A stretch of DNA of 24,000 nucleotides from Nitrososphaerota archaeon (lineage in GTDB: Archaea > Thermoproteota > Nitrososphaeria_A > Caldarchaeales > Calditenuaceae): the NCBI GenBank assembly GCA_033581555.1, contig JAVQSZ010000008.1, positions 3,001 to 27,000 of the forward strand, read 5' to 3'. The position numbers and the translations under genes were made by a program. A model generated the notes under the pieces. The model saw only the letters and a program-made list of their open reading frames with translations, made no database searches and had not been told where the DNA came from. Each line of letters starts with the position of its first letter. The stretch's first letter is position 1. This document shows positions 1-7,871 of the stretch, piece after piece.

Positions 1-1049
1 TCCTCGACGAGCCGACCTCCGTGCTCACGCCACCTGAGATCGAGAGTTTCTTAGAATCCCTGAAGGCCCTCTCGAGGGAGAAGATCACCTTGGTCCCCTT
101 CGTGACCCACAAGCTCCCCGAAGTCTTCTCGATATGCGACAAGGTCACCATCTTAAGGAGGGGCAAGGTGGTCAAGACGCTCGACGTCAAGGAGACCACT
201 GCCAACCAGCTCGCTGAGTACATGGTCGGCAAGGAGGTCTCCCTCTCTATAGAGAGGCAGGACTCCATGTTAGGGCAGGTGGTCCTGAGGGTCGAGAATC
301 TCTCCGCGATGAACGACAAGGGGCTAATGGCCTTCAGCGGCGTCACCTTCTCACTGCGCGAGGGCGAGATTTTCGGCATAGCGGGCGTCAGCGGGAACGG
401 ACAGCACGAGCTGGCGGAGACCATCTTCGGCCTGAGGAGGCCCCTCTCCGGCAGGATCCTCTACAACGGTCGCGACATCACTAAGTCCTCGGTTCTCGAG
501 CGGCTACGGATGGGGATCGCCTACATTCCGCCAGAGCGGCTGGGGGTCGCTGCGATCGGCGAACTGAGCCTCGTCGACAACGTGCTGCTCGCGTACTATT
601 TCGAGGGCGCGGCGTCGAGGAACGGGTTCGTCAACTACAAGCTCGTAAAGGGTCTGACGGAACGGATCATCTCCGAGTACGGCATCGTCGCCCTCGGGCC
701 CGCGGCTAAGGCATCGCACTTGTCGGGCGGAAACCTGCAGAGGCTCATCCTCGGCCGCGTCCTCTCCAGGAACCCGAAGATCGTCATCGCAAATCTCCCG
801 ACGCAGGGGCTCGACGTGGCAGCCGCCCAGTACGTGAGGAGGAAGCTGATGGAGTGCAAGCAGCGCAGAGCCAGCGTGATCCTGATCTCGGAGGACCTCG
901 ACGAGATATTGCAACTCAGTGACAGAGTAGCTCCCATCTACGAGGGGCGTTTCGTTGACGTCCTCGAGAACGCGGCCCTCCGTAAGGAGGAGGTCGGTGC
1001 GATGATAGCTGGCGCCTACGCCGGGAGGGGGACGGGCCTTGCTCGGTGA
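1..1049 (+). CDS. ABC transporter ATP-binding protein, tandem-NBD type (BMP/CUT2-like nucleoside or sugar importer). The 5' end is truncated by the window edge.
   Basis: The frame is open from the window edge, and nt 3-23 read LDEPTSV (Walker B of the first NBD). The second NBD has GEIFGIAGVSGNGQHEL (a GxxGxGQ-type P-loop typical of RbsA/YufO-like proteins), the LSGGNLQRL signature and a PTQGLD Walker B. Two BPD_transp_2-type permeases follow directly. Confidence 0.9.
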   Translation, partial: LDEPTSVLTPPEIESFLESLKALSREKITLVPFVTHKLPEVFSICDKVTILRRGKVVKTLDVKETTANQLAEYMVGKEVSLSIERQDSMLGQVVLRVENLSAMNDKGLMAFSGVTFSLREGEIFGIAGVSGNGQHELAETIFGLRRPLSGRILYNGRDITKSSVLERLRMGIAYIPPERLGVAAIGELSLVDNVLLAYYFEGAASRNGFVNYKLVKGLTERIISEYGIVALGPAAKASHLSGGNLQRLILGRVLSRNPKIVIANLPTQGLDVAAAQYVRRKLMECKQRRASVILISEDLDEILQLSDRVAPIYEGRFVDVLENAALRKEEVGAMIAGAYAGRGTGLAR

Positions 1050-2121
1050 GGCCCACTTCAGGATCAAGCTGGAGAGGCTCCCAACCGTATCAGGTTGGAG
1101 GGCCGTCAGGGTATCGTTTTACTCGATAGCGTTGTCGTTCCTTCTGTTCAGCAGCGTGTTGATGTATGAAGGTTCCGATCCGCTCGTGGCTTATCAGAAC
1201 ATGTTCTCGTTCGCCTTCGATCCCAAGTTGGGACTTCCGCTGACCATTCATAGGTCCATGCTGATCCTCTTGTGTACCCTCGCGTTCATCGTCCCGTTGA
1301 GGGCGGGGCTCTGGAACGTCGGGATGGAGGGGCAGTTCTATCTCGGGACCATCGGAGCCTTCTTCTTTGCTTACACCTTCTCGACCTATCCCTCGGAGAT
1401 TCTGATACCCCTCATGATCTTGGGGGCGACGGGCGGAGGGGCGCTTTACGGGGCCATCGCGGGGTTCTTACGCGGTCGGTACAACGTCAACGAGGTGGTG
1501 GTGTTACTCATGCTCAACAACATAGCGTTCTGGATCGTGTACATGCTGGTGGTCGGCGGTCCGTGGGCGGGGATCGCTGAGTCGTCGAGCAGGCCGTTGC
1601 CCAAGTCTGCCCAGGCCCCGTTCATCTCCATAACGCCCTTCACGAGTTACCTCATCGTTGCCCTCGCGGTGCTCGTCTTCCTCCTCCTCACCAGGACGAC
1701 CTTCGGCTTCAAGCTCCGGGTCCTAGGACACAGCCCCGTGGCCGCGAAGATCGCCGGCATAGAGGAGTTCAAGATCTCTGTCCTCGTGATGAGCGCAGGG
1801 GGTGCTCTAGCTGGTCTAGCTGGCTACCACATGTGGGCGGGTGATCCGGCGTATTATATGATCCCGCGACCGGAGGCATACAAGGCGATAGGCGACCTGA
1901 CCTACTGGGGCATAATAATCGGGCTGGTCTGTCTGCTCAACCCCATTCCCGCAATACCGGCTTCCCTTTTCATGGGCTCTGTCATAGTCGGCTCGACCGT
2001 GCTGGTGAGGAGGCTACGGCTGCCCTTCGGGCTGGACTTCCTGCTGCTTGGGATCATCTCGATAACCTTCGCCGCCTTCCAGCTGTTCTACAACTATAGG
2101 ATCCGGGTGGTCAGGAGATGA
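1039..2121 (+). CDS. ABC transporter permease (BPD_transp_2 / YufP-NupP-like)
   Basis: 360-aa polytopic ORF containing GLWNVGMEGQFYLGTIGA, the motif typical of this permease family. The TTG start overlaps the ATPase stop by 11 nt, so the exact start is uncertain. Confidence 0.85.
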   Translation: MLGEAHFRIKLERLPTVSGWRAVRVSFYSIALSFLLFSSVLMYEGSDPLVAYQNMFSFAFDPKLGLPLTIHRSMLILLCTLAFIVPLRAGLWNVGMEGQFYLGTIGAFFFAYTFSTYPSEILIPLMILGATGGGALYGAIAGFLRGRYNVNEVVVLLMLNNIAFWIVYMLVVGGPWAGIAESSSRPLPKSAQAPFISITPFTSYLIVALAVLVFLLLTRTTFGFKLRVLGHSPVAAKIAGIEEFKISVLVMSAGGALAGLAGYHMWAGDPAYYMIPRPEAYKAIGDLTYWGIIIGLVCLLNPIPAIPASLFMGSVIVGSTVLVRRLRLPFGLDFLLLGIISITFAAFQLFYNYRIRVVRR

Positions 2122-3011
2122 TCGAGTTACCTCCTTCGCTCTGGCCCTTCACCACCAGGTTCTTAGAGGTCTCCTCGATCCTGCTCCTCGCGGCCGCCGG
2201 CGAGCTCCTCGCTCAGCGATCGGGCGTGATGAACGTAGGCATCGAGGGCCTCATGCTGTTCGGCGCCGCGACGTCGTTCATGACCGCCCAGCTCTTCGGT
2301 CCGCTCGCAGGGTTCATCGCGGGCTCGCTCGTGGGCGCCCTCCTAGGGCTCTTTCACGCCGTGATGTCGGTCTCGCTGAGGGTCAACCAGATCATCAGCG
2401 GAATGGGGGTCTGGCTGTTCGCGATGGGGTTCGTGACTTACTGGGCTGACAGGTATACCGGTCCTCTCCGGGCGTCGGTCCCGCGCATAGCCGGATTGAC
2501 CCCTGCCCTATTCATCGCGATCGCCGTGATTTTCACGATCTGGTTCGTGTTGAACAAGACGCACTTCGGCCTGAAAATACGGTCCGTGGGGGAGAACCCG
2601 GCAGCCGCCGAGGTCTCCGGTGTGAACGTCAGTAGGGTGAGGTATTTCTGCACGGTAGTCGGCGGCATGCTGGGCGGCCTTGCAGGATCGGTCCTGCTCC
2701 TCTCTTACCTCGGAGCCTGGAGTCATCTACCTACGAAAGGGCTCGGGTGGTTGGCGTTCGGGCTGGTCATGTTCTCGCTCTGGAGGCCTGGAATCCTGCT
2801 GGCTGGGGCGCTCGCCTTCGGCTTTGTCTGGCAGTTCGCGATCTCGCCAGAGTCCGTCTTCCCCGGATTCCCTGCTCCCCTGCCGGTCAACAGGATGCTC
2901 CCGTTCCTAATGACAGTCGTTATACTCACGATAATCTCGACTGAGCGTTTCAGGAGGAAATGGGCTCTGCTGAAACCAGAGGCGCTCGGACAGCCTTACA
3001 TAAAAGAGTGA
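2118..3011 (+). CDS. ABC transporter permease (BPD_transp_2 / YufQ-NupQ-like)
   Basis: 297-aa polytopic ORF containing GVMNVGIEGLMLFGAATSF. Its ATG overlaps the upstream stop as ATGA (2118-2121), which suggests translational coupling. Confidence 0.88.
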   Translation: MIELPPSLWPFTTRFLEVSSILLLAAAGELLAQRSGVMNVGIEGLMLFGAATSFMTAQLFGPLAGFIAGSLVGALLGLFHAVMSVSLRVNQIISGMGVWLFAMGFVTYWADRYTGPLRASVPRIAGLTPALFIAIAVIFTIWFVLNKTHFGLKIRSVGENPAAAEVSGVNVSRVRYFCTVVGGMLGGLAGSVLLLSYLGAWSHLPTKGLGWLAFGLVMFSLWRPGILLAGALAFGFVWQFAISPESVFPGFPAPLPVNRMLPFLMTVVILTIISTERFRRKWALLKPEALGQPYIKE

Positions 3012-3037
3012 CGAGTTCGAACGTATAAGACCGCGCT

Positions 3038-4384
3038 TTACTTCAGCAACACTATTCCGTCGAGCATGAAGTTGAACCTGCCTAGGAGCCACTCGTCGGT
3101 CGGCATCTCCTTCGCGGGCTTCACCACGGTCCCCTTCGGAGGCACCTTCAGGTTGAGCTCCGGTATCTCGATGCCCTCGCCGCTGCTGACCAGCTCGTGC
3201 TCGTAGAACGGGTCCCAGGCTCCGCTCATCATCTGAGCCCTCCTGAGCTCGATGAGCTTCAGGACCCTCTCGGGGATGAGAGGTCTGGCCCGCGGGCTGA
3301 TCGCCTCGAGTCCCACCTTCATGTTGTTCTGCAGGTCGATCGCCAGCAACCTGGTCTGGCCCGGCATGATAGGGTTGTTCTCCGGGAGCGAGATGTGCGT
3401 GTTCATGCCGAGGAAGTAGATCCTGTCGGGGTTGGTAGTGCCCGCGAGGTACTCCTTCAGGATCCGGTCGAAGAGGACCTCCCACCTGGTGTCGAAGGAC
3501 ACGGCCACGGTGTCGGTGGTGGACCACTTGTAAAGCCCCACTATGTCCATGTCCTTCCCTACGAACCAGATCTTTTTCTCCTCCGCGACCCTGAGGGGCT
3601 CGACCGAGTCCGTGTAGTGGGTCAGGACGTCTACTCCGGCGTCCACCAGCGAGAGCGATACCTCCTTCTCCTTGGGCGGATCGAACCACTCGCCGACGTA
3701 CTTGATGTACAGCGTCGCGTTGGGGTTCGCGTCCTTTATCCCCAGGTAGAACGCGGCCATCCTCCTGAAGTTCTGCACGGCCGCCGGCCCCACCGCTATC
3801 CCGATCCTGTTCCTGCGCGTTATGGCGCCCGCGATCAGGCCCTCGAGGTACATCGCCTGGTACTGTCTGATGAAAACCCTCATGAAGTTCCTTCTCGAGG
3901 AGACGTCGCTCCCGACGATGCCGAGGAAGTAGACGTTGGGGTTTTCGTCGGCTATCCTGTGGAACGCGGGGACTGCTGCGGGTTCCCAGCTCCCGAAGAT
4001 CACGTTGGCCTTGCTGACGGTGATCAGGTCCCTAGCCGCCGATATCGGGTCCTTGCCCTTCAGGATAACGCCCTCGTCGTATACGTAGTCGAACCAGGGG
4101 TAGAGCTTCTTCAACCTCTCCGCGGCCATCACCTGGCGCCCGTCCCACGTCGAGCCCTCGACGTATCCCCCCAGGACCATCCCAAGGACGACCTTCCTGC
4201 CCGCCGGGGCCTCGCGGGCCACTGTCGTCGTGAAGGTCCTCGTCTCGGTCACCGTCCTTGCAGGAGCCGCAGAGCCTCCAGCGAAGTACCCCGCGACAGC
4301 TCCCACAACTCCCGCTCCAACAGCGGTCGCCGCGACCTTTCCAGCCGTAGTTATGGCCTCCCTTCTGGTTACCTTTCTATTCAC
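3038..4384 (-). CDS. BMP-family (Med/PnrA/TmpC-like) ABC transporter substrate-binding protein
   Basis: 448-aa ORF. The N-terminus MNRKVTRREAITTAGKVAATAVGAGVV looks like a twin-arginine-type signal or membrane anchor. The body shows a periplasmic-binding fold pattern resembling the BMP family (IGIAVGPAAVQNFRRMAAFYLGIKDANPNA..., DVLTHYTDS). It starts with GTG and is convergent with the ATPase/permease genes. Confidence 0.8.
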   Translation of the reverse strand: MNRKVTRREAITTAGKVAATAVGAGVVGAVAGYFAGGSAAPARTVTETRTFTTTVAREAPAGRKVVLGMVLGGYVEGSTWDGRQVMAAERLKKLYPWFDYVYDEGVILKGKDPISAARDLITVSKANVIFGSWEPAAVPAFHRIADENPNVYFLGIVGSDVSSRRNFMRVFIRQYQAMYLEGLIAGAITRRNRIGIAVGPAAVQNFRRMAAFYLGIKDANPNATLYIKYVGEWFDPPKEKEVSLSLVDAGVDVLTHYTDSVEPLRVAEEKKIWFVGKDMDIVGLYKWSTTDTVAVSFDTRWEVLFDRILKEYLAGTTNPDRIYFLGMNTHISLPENNPIMPGQTRLLAIDLQNNMKVGLEAISPRARPLIPERVLKLIELRRAQMMSGAWDPFYEHELVSSGEGIEIPELNLKVPPKGTVVKPAKEMPTDEWLLGRFNFMLDGIVLLK

Positions 4385-4401
4385 GTGGGCTGCTTTGCGA
4401 C

Positions 4402-4415
4402 GGTTTTATTTAACC
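4402..4415 (-). promoter_or_regulatory. TATA-like box upstream of the BMP-protein gene
   Basis: The plus strand reads ggttttatttaacc, which is ggttaaataaaacc on the minus strand. It is centred about 24-25 nt upstream of the GTG at 4384, in an otherwise GC-rich context. This is consistent with a leaderless or near-leaderless transcript. Confidence 0.45.
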
Positions 4416-4427
4416 TTTTTACACTAA

Positions 4428-6752
4428 CTAATATCTTCGTCGATTAATAAATTCATAGAGCTTGTGGGGTTGCAGCGGGCTCTCGAGGGGGACGACGGCG
4501 TTGTCGAAGGCGTCCTGCACGGCTGAAGCGATGACCGCAGCTACCGGAATCGCCCCGGCCTCTCCAACGCCCTTCACGCCCAGCGGGTTGAGGGGGGACG
4601 GCGTCTCGATGTGTTTTATGGTTACCTCGGTCGGAGTCTCCAAAGCGGACGGAACGAGGTAATCGGCGAAGCTCGCGGTCAGAGGCTGACCGTTCTCGTC
4701 GTGCACGATCTCCTCGAGCAAGGAGAACCCCAGCCCGTTCGATAGACCTCCGAGGATCTGGCCTTCTACTATCACCGGATTTATGACTTTTCCACAGTCG
4801 TGGACGACTACCATCCTCAATATCTTAACGGCGCCCGTCTCTGGGTCTACCTCCACCTCCGCTGCGGCCCCTCCAGAGGAGAACACCGAGTGGACCGGGC
4901 TGAAGTACTTGGTGGCCTCGAGCCCCGGCTCCCGCTTTATCAGGCCTCTCAGGGGGCGAGAGCGCTCAGCGAGCTCACCAAGGCTAACGGACTTGTCAGG
5001 CACCCCCTTGACGTACACTCGTCCGCCCTCGAACTCCAAATCGTCGGGGCTGGTCTCGAAGATCTGCGCAGCCAGCTCTGCAGCCTTCCTCCTGACCTCC
5101 AGCGCCGCCAGGTAGACCGCGTTCCCGGCCACGGTGGCCGACCTGCTGGCGAACGTCCCAATCCCCCATGACATTTGGGCCGTGTCCCCGACGCTCACGT
5201 CCACGTCGTGCACGTCCACTCCCAGGACCTCTGAGACGATCTGAGCAAAGGTCGTGAACTGACCTTGACCCTGGGTCCCGACGCCAGTCGTGACGCTCAC
5301 CTTGCCCGACGGCGTCACCGTCACCCTTGCCATCTCGTAAGGACCTACCCCACTCCCCTCGACGTAAAGGGCTAGTCCGAGACCGACGAACCTGCCCTCC
5401 CTCCTGTACCTCTCCTTCCGCTCTGGCCATCTCCCGTAGTCTATCGTGTCGAGGAGCGTCTCGAGGAGGAGCGGGTAGTCGCCGCTGTCATACTTAACCG
5501 GCCCGCCGTCCTGATAGATTATGCCCGTGTCGTACGGGAACTCGTCGGGTTGAATGAGGTTCCGCCTCCTTACTTCAGCCCTGTCGAGTCCAAGCCTGTG
5601 TGCAGCTATGTCCATTATCCTCTCCATCACGTAAACGGCCTCCGGCCTTCCGGCACCTCTGACCGGACTTACGACGGTCTTGTTCGTGTAGACCGACGCG
5701 AACTCTACGTCGAACGCCGGAATTTTGTAAGGCCCTGGCATAGTCCCAGTCGTGATGATGGGCACCATTATCCCGTAAGGCGTGTACGCTCCCGTATCGA
5801 CTAGGAAACTGTCGCTCAGTCCCAGTATCTTCCCGTCCCTGCTAAAGGCCGCCTTCACGTAGTGAACCTGTATCCTCTGCTGGTTGGCCGCCATCATGTT
5901 CTCCCTTCTATCCTCTATCCACTTGACGGGACGGCCCAGCCTGATCGCTGCGAAGGGAACGAGGATCTCCTCGGGATAGAACAGCATTATCTTCGGACCG
6001 AACCCGCCGCCCACGTCTGGGGCTATCACCCTCACCCGATTCTCGGGGATTCCGAACAGCTTTGCAAGCCCGTTCCGGATCGGTATGGGAGCCTGAGTGG
6101 AGTCCCAGACCGTCAACGTGTCCGACCTCTCATCGTGGTAAGCCACCACGCCCCTGGTCTCTATGGACGCCCCCGCGCCCCTGTTGAAGACGATCCGCTG
6201 CTCTATCACGAGGTCTGCGCGCCTGAAGGCCTCGGAGACGTCTCCGACCCTCACCCTGTGACGGGCCGCTATGTTGTTGGGAACGTCGTCGTGAACCAGC
6301 GGAGACCCGGGCTGAATCGCCCTCTCAACGTCGACGACGGGTTCCAGCGGATCGTACTCCACGGATATCAGCTCCAGCGCGTCCCTCGCGATGTACCTGT
6401 CCTCGGCGACGACCATCGCGACCGGTTCCCCCACGTAACGCACCTTGTGCTTCGCCAGCGCGTAATGAGTCCTCATGTAAGGGATAGGATATTGGGGCAA
6501 TGGAGTGATCGAGGGGGGAAGAGGCCCGTTCAGGGCCCCCAAGTCCTCGGCCGTATAGACGGCCACCACCCCGTTCAGCCTCTCGGCCCCCGACTTGTCG
6601 ATCGATATTATCCTCGCGTGAGCGTGGGGACTCCTCAGGATCGCGGCGTAAAGCATCCGAGGGAGGACCACGTCATCAACGAACAGGCCCTTCCCCATTA
6701 GGAGCCTCCTGTCCTCCAATCTGGGCACGGAGGCTCCTATTACATTCCTCAT
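4428..6752 (-). CDS. Xanthine dehydrogenase / aldehyde oxidase / CoxL-family molybdopterin-binding (large) subunit
   Basis: 774-aa ORF. The N-terminus VPRLEDRRLLMGKGLFVDDV...MLYAAILRSPHAHARI is characteristic of this family. The active-site-loop region is VSPVRGAGRPEA, which is like the form-II AYRGAGR motif and not the form-I CODH VAYRCSFR motif. The C-terminal GVKGVGEAGAIP carries the conserved Glu. Confidence 0.92.
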   Translation of the reverse strand: MRNVIGASVPRLEDRRLLMGKGLFVDDVVLPRMLYAAILRSPHAHARIISIDKSGAERLNGVVAVYTAEDLGALNGPLPPSITPLPQYPIPYMRTHYALAKHKVRYVGEPVAMVVAEDRYIARDALELISVEYDPLEPVVDVERAIQPGSPLVHDDVPNNIAARHRVRVGDVSEAFRRADLVIEQRIVFNRGAGASIETRGVVAYHDERSDTLTVWDSTQAPIPIRNGLAKLFGIPENRVRVIAPDVGGGFGPKIMLFYPEEILVPFAAIRLGRPVKWIEDRRENMMAANQQRIQVHYVKAAFSRDGKILGLSDSFLVDTGAYTPYGIMVPIITTGTMPGPYKIPAFDVEFASVYTNKTVVSPVRGAGRPEAVYVMERIMDIAAHRLGLDRAEVRRRNLIQPDEFPYDTGIIYQDGGPVKYDSGDYPLLLETLLDTIDYGRWPERKERYRREGRFVGLGLALYVEGSGVGPYEMARVTVTPSGKVSVTTGVGTQGQGQFTTFAQIVSEVLGVDVHDVDVSVGDTAQMSWGIGTFASRSATVAGNAVYLAALEVRRKAAELAAQIFETSPDDLEFEGGRVYVKGVPDKSVSLGELAERSRPLRGLIKREPGLEATKYFSPVHSVFSSGGAAAEVEVDPETGAVKILRMVVVHDCGKVINPVIVEGQILGGLSNGLGFSLLEEIVHDENGQPLTASFADYLVPSALETPTEVTIKHIETPSPLNPLGVKGVGEAGAIPVAAVIASAVQDAFDNAVVPLESPLQPHKLYEFINRRRY

Positions 6753-6770
6753 ACGACGCCAGCTGCTGAT

Positions 6771-6803
6771 CCTTTTATTTATGTTTATTTTCTGATATAA
6801 TAG
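6771..6803. promoter_or_regulatory. AT-rich divergent promoter region between the Mo-enzyme gene (-) and the DUF2877-like gene (+)
   Basis: The sequence ccttttatttatgtttattttctgatataatag is the most AT-rich stretch nearby. The minus-strand reading ataaataaaa is centred about 25 nt upstream of the ATG at 6752. On the plus strand, ttttattta and gatataata are candidate boxes for the rightward gene. Confidence 0.5.
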
Positions 6804-6897
6804 CTTGCGATCGCACTTCGCCTCCGAAGCGGCCTCATACCTCTCTCCGCGAGAACCGCGCGCTCCACGGACTCCTTCTCAGGTGGGCCCCCGAGCT

Positions 6898-7803
6898 ATG
6901 GAACCGAGCTCGGGCGAACCTTTTTCCAGCGAGGGAGTGCGTTACGAGGCGATGACGTTCCGCGCGCTGACTCACGAGGAGGGATACAGGCTCCTGTCGG
7001 AGGGCGGTGGAACGGTTGAGGCTTTGGGAGACAGGGCATCGTATGTGATGACGCCTGTTGAAGAGGTCGTAATACTGACGGACCGGCCGCTGACGTGCTA
7101 TTCGGTCTCCTTCTTCGACGGCTGGAGGGACTTGAGGGGGATCATCGAGGAGGGTGATCGCGTCTCGGTCGAGCGATCGGCGCTGACGGTCGAAGGAAAG
7201 CTCCGGTTGCCGCTGAGGGTGCTGGGAGCTTGTCAGAGGGTATCGGGCTGCTCCGGACTGAGTCCTGAGTCCCTGAGCGCAGCGTATCGTATCTTCCGAG
7301 TGCTCGCCTCCGTCGATGAGCCAGACCCCGTCATCGAGCGGGGTGTGGAGATCCTCTCAAGCAGCACGAGCCTGATCGCGCTCCGCGAGTCTCTGAAGGA
7401 GGTTGTGGGCATGGGTAGAGGGTATACGCCGGTTGGCGACGACTTCGTCTCAGGAGTTATCATCGCCCTCAGGCTTCTTAACCGTGAACTCGACTTCTAT
7501 CCGCTGGTCGAGTACGCAAAATCTCACTCAAGGTGGCCCAGCTGGCGGATGATGGAGCACTCTCTGCACGGGTGCACGTTCTTTCCAGTAGCGCGCTTGT
7601 GTGCCTCCTTCACAAGCGGGTCGGACCCTATGCCTCACCTAACGAGAGGGTTGAGAGTTGGCAGCTCAACAGGAGTCGCCATACTGACAGGACTTCTAGA
7701 GACCCTTCACCTGTATTATAAGAGTTTATCAAGTATGTGTTTGAGTTCGTCTTCTATCTCTACAGGAGGCGTCCACTCGACGTCGACCACTTCGACTCCC
7801 TGA
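6898..7803 (+). CDS. DUF2877-like protein (YlbF/AllH family candidate)
   Basis: The motif VGMGRGYTPVGDDFVSGVIIAL, followed by VGSSTGVAILTGLL, matches my recollection of the DUF2877 signature (GxGxGxTPxGDDFxxG). The genomic context (FdrA and DUF1116 nearby) agrees. The track ORF opens at TTG 6805. I place the start at ATG 6898 because it is the first ATG, AGGTG sits 12 nt upstream, and GC3 is weaker before it. GTG 6883, ATG 6952 or TTG 6805 cannot be excluded. The last 30 or so residues are Ser/Thr-rich and lie antisense to ORF 7716-7871. Confidence 0.65.
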   Translation: MEPSSGEPFSSEGVRYEAMTFRALTHEEGYRLLSEGGGTVEALGDRASYVMTPVEEVVILTDRPLTCYSVSFFDGWRDLRGIIEEGDRVSVERSALTVEGKLRLPLRVLGACQRVSGCSGLSPESLSAAYRIFRVLASVDEPDPVIERGVEILSSSTSLIALRESLKEVVGMGRGYTPVGDDFVSGVIIALRLLNRELDFYPLVEYAKSHSRWPSWRMMEHSLHGCTFFPVARLCASFTSGSDPMPHLTRGLRVGSSTGVAILTGLLETLHLYYKSLSSMCLSSSSISTGGVHSTSTTSTP

Positions 7804-7871
7804 TCCCTGAGGCTATCGGAGAAAATCGATATACCGAGGCATAATACTTTTTTGACCTCATTCAGAGTCAT
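7716..7871 (-). CDS. 51-aa ORF resembling the detached C-terminal segment of FdrA-family proteins
   Basis: This ORF is not in the supplied track because it is too short. My hand translation is MTLNEVKKVLCLGISIFSDSLRDQGVEVVDVEWTPPVEIEDELKHILDKLL*. Its ATG (7871-7869) overlaps the FdrA TGA stop (7870-7868) as ATGA. The pattern G-[LI]-x-x-F-x-x-x-L-...-V-V-x-x-x-W-x-P matches what I recall of the extreme C-terminus of E. coli FdrA, which the 523-aa upstream ORF lacks. Confidence 0.6.
   Translation of the reverse strand: MTLNEVKKVLCLGISIFSDSLRDQGVEVVDVEWTPPVEIEDELKHILDKLL

Noticed and set aside
3197-4447. 416-aa plus-strand ORF, along with similar ORFs at 2907-3689 (-), 5862-6701 (+), 4996-5430 (-), 9991-10575 (-), 10870-11553 (-), 17008-17799 (-) and 17833-18471 (-)
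   Set aside because: All of them overlap well-supported genes (BMP protein, Mo-enzyme, cyclase/DUF1116, rpoB) in antisense or shifted frames. They encode R/G/P/D/H-rich sequences with no domain signatures.
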